Assembly (NCBI RefSeq): GCF_009914755.1
Contig: NC_060932.1
DNA length: 64,000 bases
Direction: 5' to 3' (one strand)
From: the human T2T-CHM13v2.0 reference genome, Homo sapiens
Under the pieces are notes generated by a model. The model had not been told where the DNA came from. It saw only the letters and a program-made list of their open reading frames with translations, and made no database searches. The position numbers and the translations under genes were made by a program. This document shows positions 1-10,399 of the stretch, one piece after another. Every line of letters begins with the position of its first letter. Within the stretch, counting starts at the first letter, position 1.

Positions 1-297
1 ATTCACCCTGTGGTATTGTACAATAGCATATAAGACAGTATGATATATTATCTGAGATGCCTCAAAACACAAGGTTATGATATAATAAGAGAATATGCTA
101 TTTTGTAAATAAAAGCAATGACAATAGGAAGAATATTGCAAATCAATGCACTAGAAAGAATGGCTAATGAACATCCAAAGACTTTCTACCCAGACAAAAT
201 CAAAGTAGTAGAATAAATCAGATGATTTGGTATTTAAAATAGTACCACAAAATGAATCTGAAAATTACAAAAATATGTTTTATTAAAAGTTTCAAAC

Positions 298-560
298 TTG
301 AGGCAGGCAGATCACGAGGTCAGGAGATCGAGACCATCCTAGCTAACATGGTGAAATCGTGTCTCTACTAAAAATACCAAAAATCGTGTCTCTACTAAAA
401 ATACCGGGCAGGAGGTGGCACCTGTGGTCCCAGCTACTCAGGAGGCTGAGGCAGGACAATCGCTTGAACCCAGGAGGCAGAGTTCCAGTGAGCCAGGATC
501 GCACCACTGCACTCCAGCCTGGGCAACAGAGCGAGACTCCATCTCAAAAAAAAAAAAAAA
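298..560 (+). mobile_element. 5'-truncated Alu (AluSc/AluY-like) with an internal 25-bp duplication
   Basis: GAGGCAGGCAGATCACGAGGTCAGGAGATCGAGACCATCCT through GAGACTCCATCTC plus A-tail. TSD AAAAGTTTCAA at 285-295 and 557-567. Confidence 0.95.
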
Positions 561-2776
561 GTTTCAACCAAATATATCTTGTTCTGCTTTCTCTGTTCTA
601 TCTGTATTATTATTCTGAGGCTCATACTACATGTATTCTCAGCTTTATTTTACAAGTATATCAATAGAGTTATAAGATGTTCATTAGACATCTACTTTTT
701 CAGACTATATGATTTTTTTCTGAATTGTTCAAGTTTTCTCATATGATGAAAATGTGATACTTACATGATGCCTGATAATGCCTAAAGCTGAATTCTTCCC
801 ACTCACTCTCAAAATTCTGTTCACTTTTCTCTCATTTCGCCTTCGTGACGTTTAGAAATTGAAGAGCACTACAAATTCTATCCATACAATATGGGCTCTC
901 TCTAAAAGATGGAAAGTTTCACTAGACATATGTCTTCGCTTCTCTCAGTTTTTCTTATTTAGTGGAAAAGCCACAGGCAGAGGAAAATATAAAACTGCTG
1001 AACTGGTTTGCATTTGCTTTTATTCTTACACTATTCTCTTCTCATTTTGTTTACCTAGCACCTCTATGGAATATAACCATATTTTCATAATTATCAAACA
1101 AATAAACACCATCATCAACTTTAGTTGTAGTAAAAGTAGCCTGAATTGCTTTCTTTTCCTTTTTTTTTTTTTTAGTCTCAGAGACAGGCCTTATATATGG
1201 AAATAGTAGTAATTTGTTCTCGTTTAACATCAGTCACGATCTCCTTTTGGGACTTGGTCTCCAGCATTCTTTCAGTAGAATCACAGTGCTAATCTCAGCT
1301 TGGCTTTGGGCATATGCTGCCCTCCTTTGGCCTCTGTAACACTGTTCAAGACAGATTATTAAAGCTAACATTTATCCCACGGATGAACAAAAGTCTCCCT
1401 CAGCTGTAATGGTATTAAAGTTTCCTATCACCAATGGGAGTTATCAAAAAAGAGATGGTTTCTGCCCTGATAAAATGTTCACAGACCTCCCACTCCCAGT
1501 CTGAGACTAGCACTTATCATGGAAGCTTGGGAACCATCGTCACTGGAGATGAAAGAGAGCTCTCTGGTCACCTATAACCTCCTTCTGGCAGGGCAAGACG
1601 ATTCCTATGTTAGACGCTATATAATGTTCAAATATTTAAATTCCATCTTATCATAATTCTATTCATCTCACATACTGACATGGTCTCTTTCCATTCCAAT
1701 GACATCATATCTTGCTTTTACTTCGTTGTATTAAGTTTCCTCAGAGAAATAGAACTATTAACATATATATACACTATTTGAATATATTTAAATATATTAC
1801 ATGTTAAGTAACATATATTTATATACTATTTGAATTCATATATGTATACATATTCATATATCTATCTATATATATATATATGTTGCTTAACAACAATATT
1901 TTCTGAGAAATGCATTGTCAGGCAATTTCATTGTTGTGTGAACATCACAGAGTACACTTCCAAAAACCTAGATGGTTTTGCCTACTACACACCTAGACTA
2001 TATGGCACAGCCTATTGCTCCAAGACTACAGATGTGTACAGCATGAATACTGTAGGTAATTGTAACACCATAGTATTTGTATGTCTAAACATATCTAAAC
2101 TAAAAAGGTACAGTAAATATACAGCATAGAATATTTTTTCATTGTACACCTGTATAAGATGCTTGCCATGAAGAGAGATTGCAGGACTAGAAATTGCTAT
2201 GAGTGAGTCAGTGAGTGGTGAGTGAATGAAGTGAAGGCTTAGGATATTACTATACACTGCTGTAGACTTTAAAAACACTATATCCTTAGGATATACTATA
2301 TTTTAAAAAGTATTTTTTATTCATTAATAAATTAATCTATTATAGTTACTTTTTAAATTTATAAGCCTTTTAATATTTTAAGTTTTGACTCTTAAAATAA
2401 CACTTAAATCACAAACATATTGGTATAGCTGTAAAAAAAGTTTTCCTTCTTTACATCCTTATTCTATAAGTTTTCGTCTATTTTTAAGTATTTTTATTTT
2501 ACTTTTGAAACTTTTTGTTTAAAAACTACCACACAAATACCCACATCAGCCTAGGCCTACACAGAGTGAGAATAATCAATATCACTGTCTTCCACTTTCA
2601 CATTTTGTCCCACTGGAACTCTTTGGGGGCAATAACACATAATATCTCTTATGATAATAATGCCTTCTTCTGGAATACCTCCTGAAGGACCTGCCTGAGG
2701 CTGTTTTACAAGAAACTATTTTTAATAAGCAGAAGGATTATATACTAAAATAACAATTAAAAGTATGGTATAGTAA

Positions 2777-4127
2777 TTGTCCATTCATGTCCTTAGCCCA
2801 ATTTTTGATGGGATTGTTTGTTTTTTCTTCCTCATTTGAGTTCCTTGTAGATTCTAGATATTAGTCCTTTATCGGATGTATAGATAGTCAAGATTTTCTC
2901 CCACTCTGTGGGCTGTCTGTTTACATTGCTGATTGTTGCTTTTGCTGTACAGAAGCTCTTTCATTTAATTAAGTCCCACCTATTTATCTTTTTTTTGTTG
3001 CAATTCCTTTTGGGTTCTTGGACATGAAGTCTTTGCCTAAGCCAATGTCTAGAAGGGTTTGTCCGATGTTATCTTCCAGAATTTTTATAGTTTCAGGTCT
3101 TATATTTTAAGTCCTTGACCCATTTTGAGTTGATTTTTGTATAAGGTGAGAGATGAGAATCCAGTTTCATTCTCCTACATGTGGCTTGCCAATTATACCG
3201 GCACCATTTGTTGAATAGGGTGTCCTTTCCCCACTTTATGTTTTGGTTTGCTTTGTTGAAGATCAGTTGGCTGTAATTATTTGGGTTTATTCCTGTGTTC
3301 TCTGTTCCATTGGTCTACGTGTCTATTTTTATACCAGTACCTTGCTGTTTTTGTGACTCTGGCCTTGTAGTATAGTTTGAAGTTGGGTAATGTGATGCCT
3401 CCAGATTTGTTCTTTTTGCTTGGTCTTGCTTTTGGCTATGCAGGCTCTTTTTTGGTTCCATATGAATTTTAGAATTGTTTTTTCTAGTTCTGTGAATGAT
3501 GGTGGCATTTTGATGGAAATTGCATTGAATTTATAGGTTATTTTTGGCAGTATGGTCATTTTCACAATATTGATTCTACGCATCCATGAGCATGGGATGT
3601 GTTTCTATTTGTTTGTGTCATCTATGATTTCACTCAGCAGTGTTTTATAGTTTTCCTTTACAGGTCTTTCACCTCCTTGGTTAGGTATATTCCTAAGTAT
3701 TTTATTTACAAATGGCCAAGAAACATATGAAAAACTGCTCAACATCACTAATGATCAGAGAAATTAAAATCAAAACCACAATGTGATACCACCTTACTCC
3801 TGCAAAAATACCCATAATAAAAAATTTAAAAATAATAGATGTTGGCGTGGATGCAGTGAAAAGGGAACACCTCTGCACTGCTGGTGGGAATCTAAACTAG
3901 TACAACCACTATGGAAAACAGTGTGGATATTCCTAAAAGAACTAAAAGTAGAACTACCATTTGATCCAGCAATCCCACTACTGGGTATCTACCCAGAGGA
4001 AAAGAAGTTGTTACACAAAAAAAGATACTTGCACACACATTTATAGCAGCACAATTCATAATTGCAAAACTATAGAAGCAGCCCAAATGCCCATCTATCA
4101 ATGAGTGGATAAAGAAATTGTGGGAGA

Positions 4128-4184
<57 letters not shown>

Positions 4185-4545
4185 AATACTACTCAGGCAT
4201 AAAAAGGAACAAATTAATGGCATTCACTGTAACCTTGATGGAATTGGAGACTATTATTCTAAGTGAAGTAACTCAGAAATGGAAAACCAAACATCACAAG
4301 TTCTCACTCATAAGTGGGAGCTAAGCTATGAGAATGCAAAAGCATAAGAATGATACGAGAAACTTTGAGAACTCGGAGGAAAGGATGGGAGGGGGGTGAG
4401 GGATAAAAGGCTACAAACTGGATTCAGTGTATACTGCTTAGGTGATGGGTGCACCAAAATCTCACAAATCACCACTAAAGAACTTACTCATGTAACCAAA
4501 TACCACCTGTTTCCCCAAAAACCTATGGAAAAAAAATTTTTTAAA
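2777..4545 (+). mobile_element. 5'-truncated, 5'-inverted L1PB1-like LINE-1 (inverted part 2777-3706 on -, 3' part 3707-4545 on +)
   Basis: ORF2 peptides on - (3329..3583 [12 protein letters not shown]...KFIWNQKRA) and on + (3783..4046, 4118..4324). L1PB-type 3'UTR CTCACAAATCACCACTAAAGAACTTACTCATGTAACCAAATACCACCTGTT. Confidence 0.9.
4133..4179. repeat. (TA)n microsatellite inside the L1PB1 3' region
   Basis: Uninterrupted TATATA run. Confidence 0.95.
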
Positions 4546-5649
4546 TGTAAGTAAAGAGAATAAACAGAATTATCCTGATACAAAGTAAAACATTCATAGA
4601 GGACATTACAGGCAAATGTATAGAGTTTTCATCTTTGGAAAAGACCACCTGCAATTTTACACCAAAATTTATGCTCTTAATTTGTCTTCTACTGTAGAAA
4701 CATGTACTGAGAGATTTTTGAACTTTTGATCATATAATACACTCCAACATGCTTTAATGATGATGTGTCAGTTTAAAAAGGTTCCAGTAAGAATCAAAAC
4801 ATATAGAATGAAATTTAACATTAACGTTTCTGATTTTGCAGAAATTTTAAATTCATTGGATGAGGTATATATAAATGGTGCTTCAGTAATCAAGGATTCA
4901 AATTTTTAAAAAAGTATAGTACAGTAAATATATAGCAGACCAGTAACATTGTCATTTATTGTCATTATCAAGTATGATGTACTGTATGTAATTGTATGTG
5001 CTATACTTTTATTCCACTGGCAACACAGCGGGTTTGTTTACCTCAGCATCACCACAAACAAATGAGCAATCCATTGCACTACAGTGTTCTGATGGCTACA
5101 ACATCACTAGTCAATAGGAATTTTTCAGCTTCATTATATTCTTATGAGACCATTGTCATATATGCAGCCTTTCATTGACTGAAATATTGTTATGCAGCAC
5201 TTGAAAGAGAGAGAGGTTATAAAAATTAGCTCATGCAATTATCCTGGCCAAAAAAATCCCATGATTTGCTGTGCAAGCTGGAGAACCAGTAAAGTCAGTA
5301 GTGTAATTCAGTCCCAGTCTGAAGGCCTGAGCACCAGGGGAGCTAACAGTGTAAGTCCCAGTCTGAATTCAAAGTCCTGTTAATCAAGGGCGCTGATGTC
5401 CAAGGGCCGAAAAAGATGGATATCCCACTCAAGAAGAGAGAGCAAATTTGCTCTTCCTGTATGTTTTTGTTCCAGTTGAGCCCTCGGCAGGTTAGATAAT
5501 GAAAGCTATTATCTATATTCAGTCTACTAATTCAAATGCTAATCTCTTCCAGAAACATTCTCACAGACACATCCAGAAATAATGTTTTATTGGATATCTG
5601 GATGTTCCTTAGCCCAGTCAAGTGACATAAAATAAACTATCACATTCAT

Positions 5650-6231
5650 TATGTAGTTTGGGGAAGAAAAAACCAATTTACGAGACAACTGAATATCTGA
5701 TTCAACTGAAATCTAAGAAAATATTTCAATTTATAACAGAAATTATTACACAGATTATAGAAGGGAACAGGGAAGAAAGTCAGAGATTATCAAGAGCAGG
5801 GAGCCATTACTAAATCCTGGGTGGAAGAGAGAAATGGGTGAGGCAGTGTGGGAAGAGCCCAGGGGCTGCTGTCACTTGGTAGAAGGTGGAATTACGTAAC
5901 TATTAGGTTGGTGCAAAAGTTATTGCATTTTTTGCCATTTCTTTCAATAATACTATCTAAGAGGAGCCGGAACAATTCAGGCTCCAGACACAAATGGAAC
6001 ACCTGAAACTTCTCTTCCCTTTCTTCTCTCTTCCTGCTGCCTTCCAATCTCTATCCAATGACTCTTACTGAATAGACCCCTACCAGATCTCTCAATAAGG
6101 AAACTTGAGATACAAAGAAATCTTAATAAGAAGACTTGACAGCCTGCAGGGATTAGCCTCCCAGGCACATAAAGCAGAGCAGTGGAATGGGGAGAAATGG
6201 ATCTTGAGCCAAACTGTGCCAGTACTGGCAC
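5650..6231 (-). mobile_element. LTR33-like (ERVL) LTR remnant
   Basis: GCAGGGATTAGCCTCCCAGGCACATAAAGCAGAGCAG...GAAATGGATCTTGAG resembles the reverse complement of the LTR33 5' end. Highly diverged. Confidence 0.5.
5903..5947. mobile_element. Half MADE1 (Hsmar1-derived MITE)
   Basis: TA followed by TTAGGTTGGTGCAAAAGTTATTGCATTTTTTGCCATT, the Hsmar1 TIR. The second arm is missing. Confidence 0.85.
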
Positions 6232-6318
6232 AGAAGCTTAGGCTAGTAGGGAAGGAATATCCTTGGATACTTGTTGCCAAAAGAACAAAATTGTAAGGCT
6301 ATAAATGTCTAGTATATA

Positions 6319-7285
6319 TGTGGGGAAAAGAAAGAGAGATCAGACTGTTACTGTGTCTTTGTAGAAAGAAGTAGACATAAGAGACTCCATTTTGTTCTGT
6401 ACTAAGAAAAATTCTTTTGGCTTGAGAGGCTGTTAATCTGTAACCTTACCCCCAACCCTGTGCTCGCAGAAACATATGCTGTGTCGACTCAAGGTTTAAT
6501 GGATTAAGTTTTAGGGCTATGCAGGATGTGCTTTGTTAAACAAATGCTTGAAGGCAGCATGCTTGTTAAAAGTCATCACCACTTCCTACTCTCAAGTACC
6601 CAGGGACACAAAACACTACAGAAGGCCGCAGGGACCTCTGCCTAGGAAAGCCAGGTATTGTCCAAGGTTTCTCCCCATGTGATAGTCTGAAATATGGCCT
6701 CCTGGGAAGGGAAAGACCTGACCGTCCCCCAGCCCGACAACCGACAACCCTAAATGGTCTGTGCTGAGGAGGATTAGTAAAAGAGGAAGACTTCTTTGCA
6801 GTTGAGATAAGAGGAAGGCATCTGTCTCCTGCTCGTCCCTGGGCAATGGAATGTCTCAGTGTAAAACCCGATTGTATATTCCACCTACTGAGATAGGAGA
6901 AAACAACCTTAGGGCTGCAGGTGAGACATGCTGGTGGCAATACTGAGATGTTTACGTATGTGCACATCAAAAGCACAGCACCTTTTTCTTTACCTTGTTT
7001 ATGATGCAGAGACATTTGTTCACGTTTTCCTGCTGACCCTCTCTCCACTATTACCCAGTTGTCCTGCCACATCCCCCTCTCCGAGATGGTAGAGATAATG
7101 ATGAATAAATACTAAGGGAACTCAGAGACCAGTGCCAGCGTGGGTCCTCTGTATGCTGAGCACCGGTCCCCTGGGCCCACTTCTCTTTCTCTATACTTTG
7201 TCTCTATGTCTTTTTCTTTTCTCAAGTCTCTCGTTCCACCTGACAAGAAACGCCCACAGGTGTGGAGGGGCAGGCCACCCTTTCA
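6319..7285 (+). mobile_element. HERV-K(HML-2) solo LTR, LTR5B-like (not LTR5_Hs)
   Basis: Starts TGTGGGGAAAAGAAAGAGAGATCAGACTGTTACTG, ends GGCAGGCCACCCTTTCA, 967 bp. AATAAA at 7104-7109. Flanking ATATA duplicated at 6314-6318 and 7286-7290. Confidence 0.93.
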
Positions 7286-7329
7286 ATATACCGTCTCTAG
7301 TTCACCGTTTTGTGATTGGCATCATTGTT

Positions 7330-7860
7330 TATGAATCATGCTGCTATAAACACACATGCACACGTATGTTTATTGCGGCATTATTCACAATAGCAAAGAC
7401 TTGGAACCAACCCAAATGTCCAACAATGATAGACTGGATTAAGAAAATGTGGCACATATACACCATGGAATACTATGCAGCCATAAAAAATGATGAGTTC
7501 ATGTCCTTTGTAGGGACGTGGATGAAATTGGAAATCATCATTCTCAGTAAACTATCGCAAGAACAAAAAACCAAACACCACATATTCTCACTCATAGGTG
7601 GGAATTGAACAATGAGATCACATGGACACAGGAAGGGGAATATCACACTCTGGTGACTGTTGTGGGGTGGGGGGAGGGGGGAGGGATAGCATTGGGAGAT
7701 ATACCTAATGCTAGATGACGAGTTAGTGGGTGCAGTGCACCAGCATGGCACGTGTATACATATGTGACTAACCTGCACAATGTGCACATGTACCCTAAAA
7801 CTTAAAGTATAATAAAAAATAAAATAAAATAAAATAAAATAAAATAAAATAAAATAAAAT
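7330..7860 (+). mobile_element. 5'-truncated young L1 (L1PA2-like) 3' end with (AAAAT)n tail
   Basis: ORF2 C-terminus [44 protein letters not shown]...IFSLIGGN. The 3'UTR reads GATGACGAGTTAGTGGG (GAG, not the L1HS ACA/ACG). Tail 7811-7860. Confidence 0.93.
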
Positions 7861-8964
7861 TATCCATGGTTGGTTCTCCCAAATCAAATTAATAAAAAAA
7901 AGTTTTCTATAAAAATGGCACATAAATATTTTTTATTTCTTTGACATTTTGCAATTAAGAATAACATAATTTATTAATGTTAGTTTTTCTTTATAAAAGA
8001 TATTTTTATCTGGTTAAAATGGAGTTACTGTGAAAATAATTTTCACCTAAATTAGTTTTCCATTTTATTCTCTGCTGCTAGTAATAAAAGCACATCTCCC
8101 AGAAGTGATGAAAGCATAATTTCAAATGGTTCATAGTAAGGGAGTTTTCACTTTTGATAAACTGTGTATAGTCAAAAGCATGGTCGCAACTTTAAACCTA
8201 TTTTATTTCCATTAAATTCATCTTTAAATTACAATATTAAAGAACTTCTTGTCCCACTAATAATTATACTATACTTTTTTAAACTTTTAATTACTGAATG
8301 CAACAAATTTTTAGACTAAGAAAACAAACTCATTTCTAGTGTACTATTTCTGTAATATATTAATTTTTATAAAATATTCTGTTTTATTTATACTATCATA
8401 ATTATCATTAATTTCAAATCTTGTTTTTTGTTGGAGTAACAGTTCATGTGATGCATAGTAAAACACATAAAAAGACATATAAAATACCCCCAGAATATAG
8501 CCCATTCTAATTGCCTATTGCCTGTCTTTTCCAGATTTTTGTATAATATCCATGAAGTTTAAACTGATTTTAAAATTCTATGATTTTGGTGGTAATCTAT
8601 CAGAAAATATAAATTGAAAAAAATAGTAAGCTGACCCTCTAGACTATAAATTCCTAAAATCAAAAGCATGCCATATTCCCCCTTTCCTTAACTAAATTGT
8701 CTGTAGTTCAACCTGAGGGTAATTAAGGCAATGCTTTATGTGCTATTTTGATGCTAGCCAGGGTAGTCAAAATTTTAGTCATAATAGGCAAATTATATTC
8801 TCTGACCTCAAAACATGGAACCCACCTTCCTCCTTTTATTAAGTTACTGTTCTTTCCTTGTTCTGAGCAGTATCTGTGCTTTTTCTCAGAACTACTTTAT
8901 TGTTACCTGACTTCCCAACCTTCTTGTGTTTTGATTGTTACAACCTTGGTAATAAAGTAAGATT

Positions 8965-9410
8965 AAATAATTCATTGGCTTACCATTGTGTTAGAAAATA
9001 AAGTTTAATTTTACTAAAATGGCACAGAAAACTCTTTATAATCTAGCCCTATCAGCCTCATCTCCACTGTTTCCCTTTCTCATTTTTACTGCAACATTAT
9101 CATATTGCATACAGTTCTCAAAACATGCAAATTAGTTATTTTGAACATGTTGTTCTTCCCAGCTGAAATGGTCTTATCCATATTAGTTCTTCAGGGTGAT
9201 TTCTCATTCTTCAACGACCATGTAAATTACCATATCCTCTGGGAGGTCCTTTGTAGACAGTAACTCCTCTCTTCTTAAATCACCAAACAGCATGATGATT
9301 ACTCATTTAGATGTAAAACTTCCCAGTGAGCATCTTGAAGACACAGTCCATGTGCTTATCATTGTACTTGCAAATGATAAGGTGCTCAACAAGTATTCTG
9401 ATGAATTAAC
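8965..9410 (+). mobile_element. L2 3' fragment
   Basis: Degenerate L2 3' motifs (CATTGGCTTACCATTG...CTTTATAATCTAGCCCC; TAGATGTAAAACTTCC...GGTGCTCAACAAGTATTCTGATGAATTAA). Confidence 0.6.
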
Positions 9411-10159
9411 TAAGAAATTTGTGTTGTAAGCTCCTAAAACACAGTGCATTTGAATTGAAAAAGATTTCATACGTATTAAAAGAATTTTGTGATGGTTTTT
9501 GATAAATCTATTTTTGAACATTTGTAAAAATAGGAAAATCATTTTATCAATGGTCTATAAAGGAAATAGAATTGCAAATCTTCAGCATTTTAACTTTAAA
9601 TACTTAAGCCAGACATACGCTGCCACCTTTGAGCCTATGGATTTTTGTGCTACTTTTCTAGATGAAATTTGAAGCATGTGGCACTTTAAAATGATCAGTA
9701 AATCTTTAGTTAGGGTTAAGGAAACTCTAACCTTCCTTTGACATCTAGGAGTAATTGAGCTGGTAAGAATCTGTGGGACACACGATTTCCTCAAAATCAA
9801 GGAATCTTTATTAGTATGATCGATCTTCATATGCTTTCATCGAACATTTTCTATAGTGAGTAACTCATCCCGTTTTTGGTCAGTTCCAACTATTAAAACA
9901 TTTCTTCCTTTACACAGCAAAATTCTACTCTCATGATGTCCCACAGCTGTTTTGTCCCACACAGAGGTCAATGATTTTCATCTGACTCTTCACATGTTTG
10001 AGGTTTAGTTGCATTAATTCTTGAAGTTAAAATGAAAAAAAATAAGACTATATATATCACTCTGGATCAATTTTGGCACCAACATAAAGAAAAAAAAGAT
10101 ATCTTTCTATATATAAAAATAATAATTTGTATAAAGTTTTTAACACATAAAACCCATTA

Positions 10160-10308
10160 TATTTTATTGGTATATAATATTTGTACATATTTATTGGGTA
10201 CATGGGATATTTTGTTACATGCATAGAATGAATAATGATCAAGTCAAGGTATTTAGTGTATTAATCACCTGAAGTATTAATTATTTCTATGTGTTGGGAA
10301 CATTTCAA
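10160..10308 (-). mobile_element. L1MA (about MA4-MA6) extreme 3' end fragment
   Basis: TTTGTACATATTTATTGGGTACATGGGATATTTTGTTACATGCATAGAATG...GATCAAGTCAAGGTATTT is the reverse complement of an L1MA 3'UTR. Confidence 0.8.
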
Positions 10309-10399
10309 ACCTCAGTTTCCTCAGTGATCATATAAAATTAGCCCTTGACTACTCTTCTTCCAAAAACAAAGCAATATCCAAAAGACCCAACTGTTTCAA

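Larger units (their letters stand above)
1878..5204 (+). mobile_element. Tigger3b (MER7/Golem group, TcMar-Tigger) DNA transposon split by an L1 (pieces about 1878-2776 and 4910-5204)
   Basis: GCTTAACAAC...TTCTGAGAAATGCATTGTCAGGCAATTTCATTGTTGTGTGAACATC...CCTACTACACACCTAG at the 5' end and TTGACTGAAATATTGTTATGCAGCACTTGA at the 3' end. Inserted in the TA-repeat of MLT2B. Confidence 0.85.
1727..5644 (-). mobile_element. MLT2B-type (ERVL) solo LTR split by nested insertions (pieces about 1727-1880 and 5205-5644)
   Basis: Termini TGTATTAAGTTTCCTCAGAGAAATAGAAC and AGCCCAGTCAAGTGACATAAAATAAACTATCACA match the reverse complement of MLT2B ends. 5-bp TSD TTCGT (1722-1726) / TTCAT (5645-5649), one CpG-type change. 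Confidence 0.8.

Noticed and set aside
7329-7350. TTATGAATCATGCTGCTATAAA shared by the L1PA2 fragment and the L1PA5 (about 18074)
   Set aside because: A single shared transition at a junction is too little to infer gene conversion. The remaining diagnostics differ between the two elements.
7132-7608. 158-aa ORF fusing the LTR5 3' end, spacer and L1 ORF2 C-terminus
   Set aside because: GTG start and chance read-through across two adjacent repeats. No evidence for a gene.
7663-7686. G-rich tract able to form a G-quadruplex
   Set aside because: The ordinary L1 3'UTR polypurine tract.
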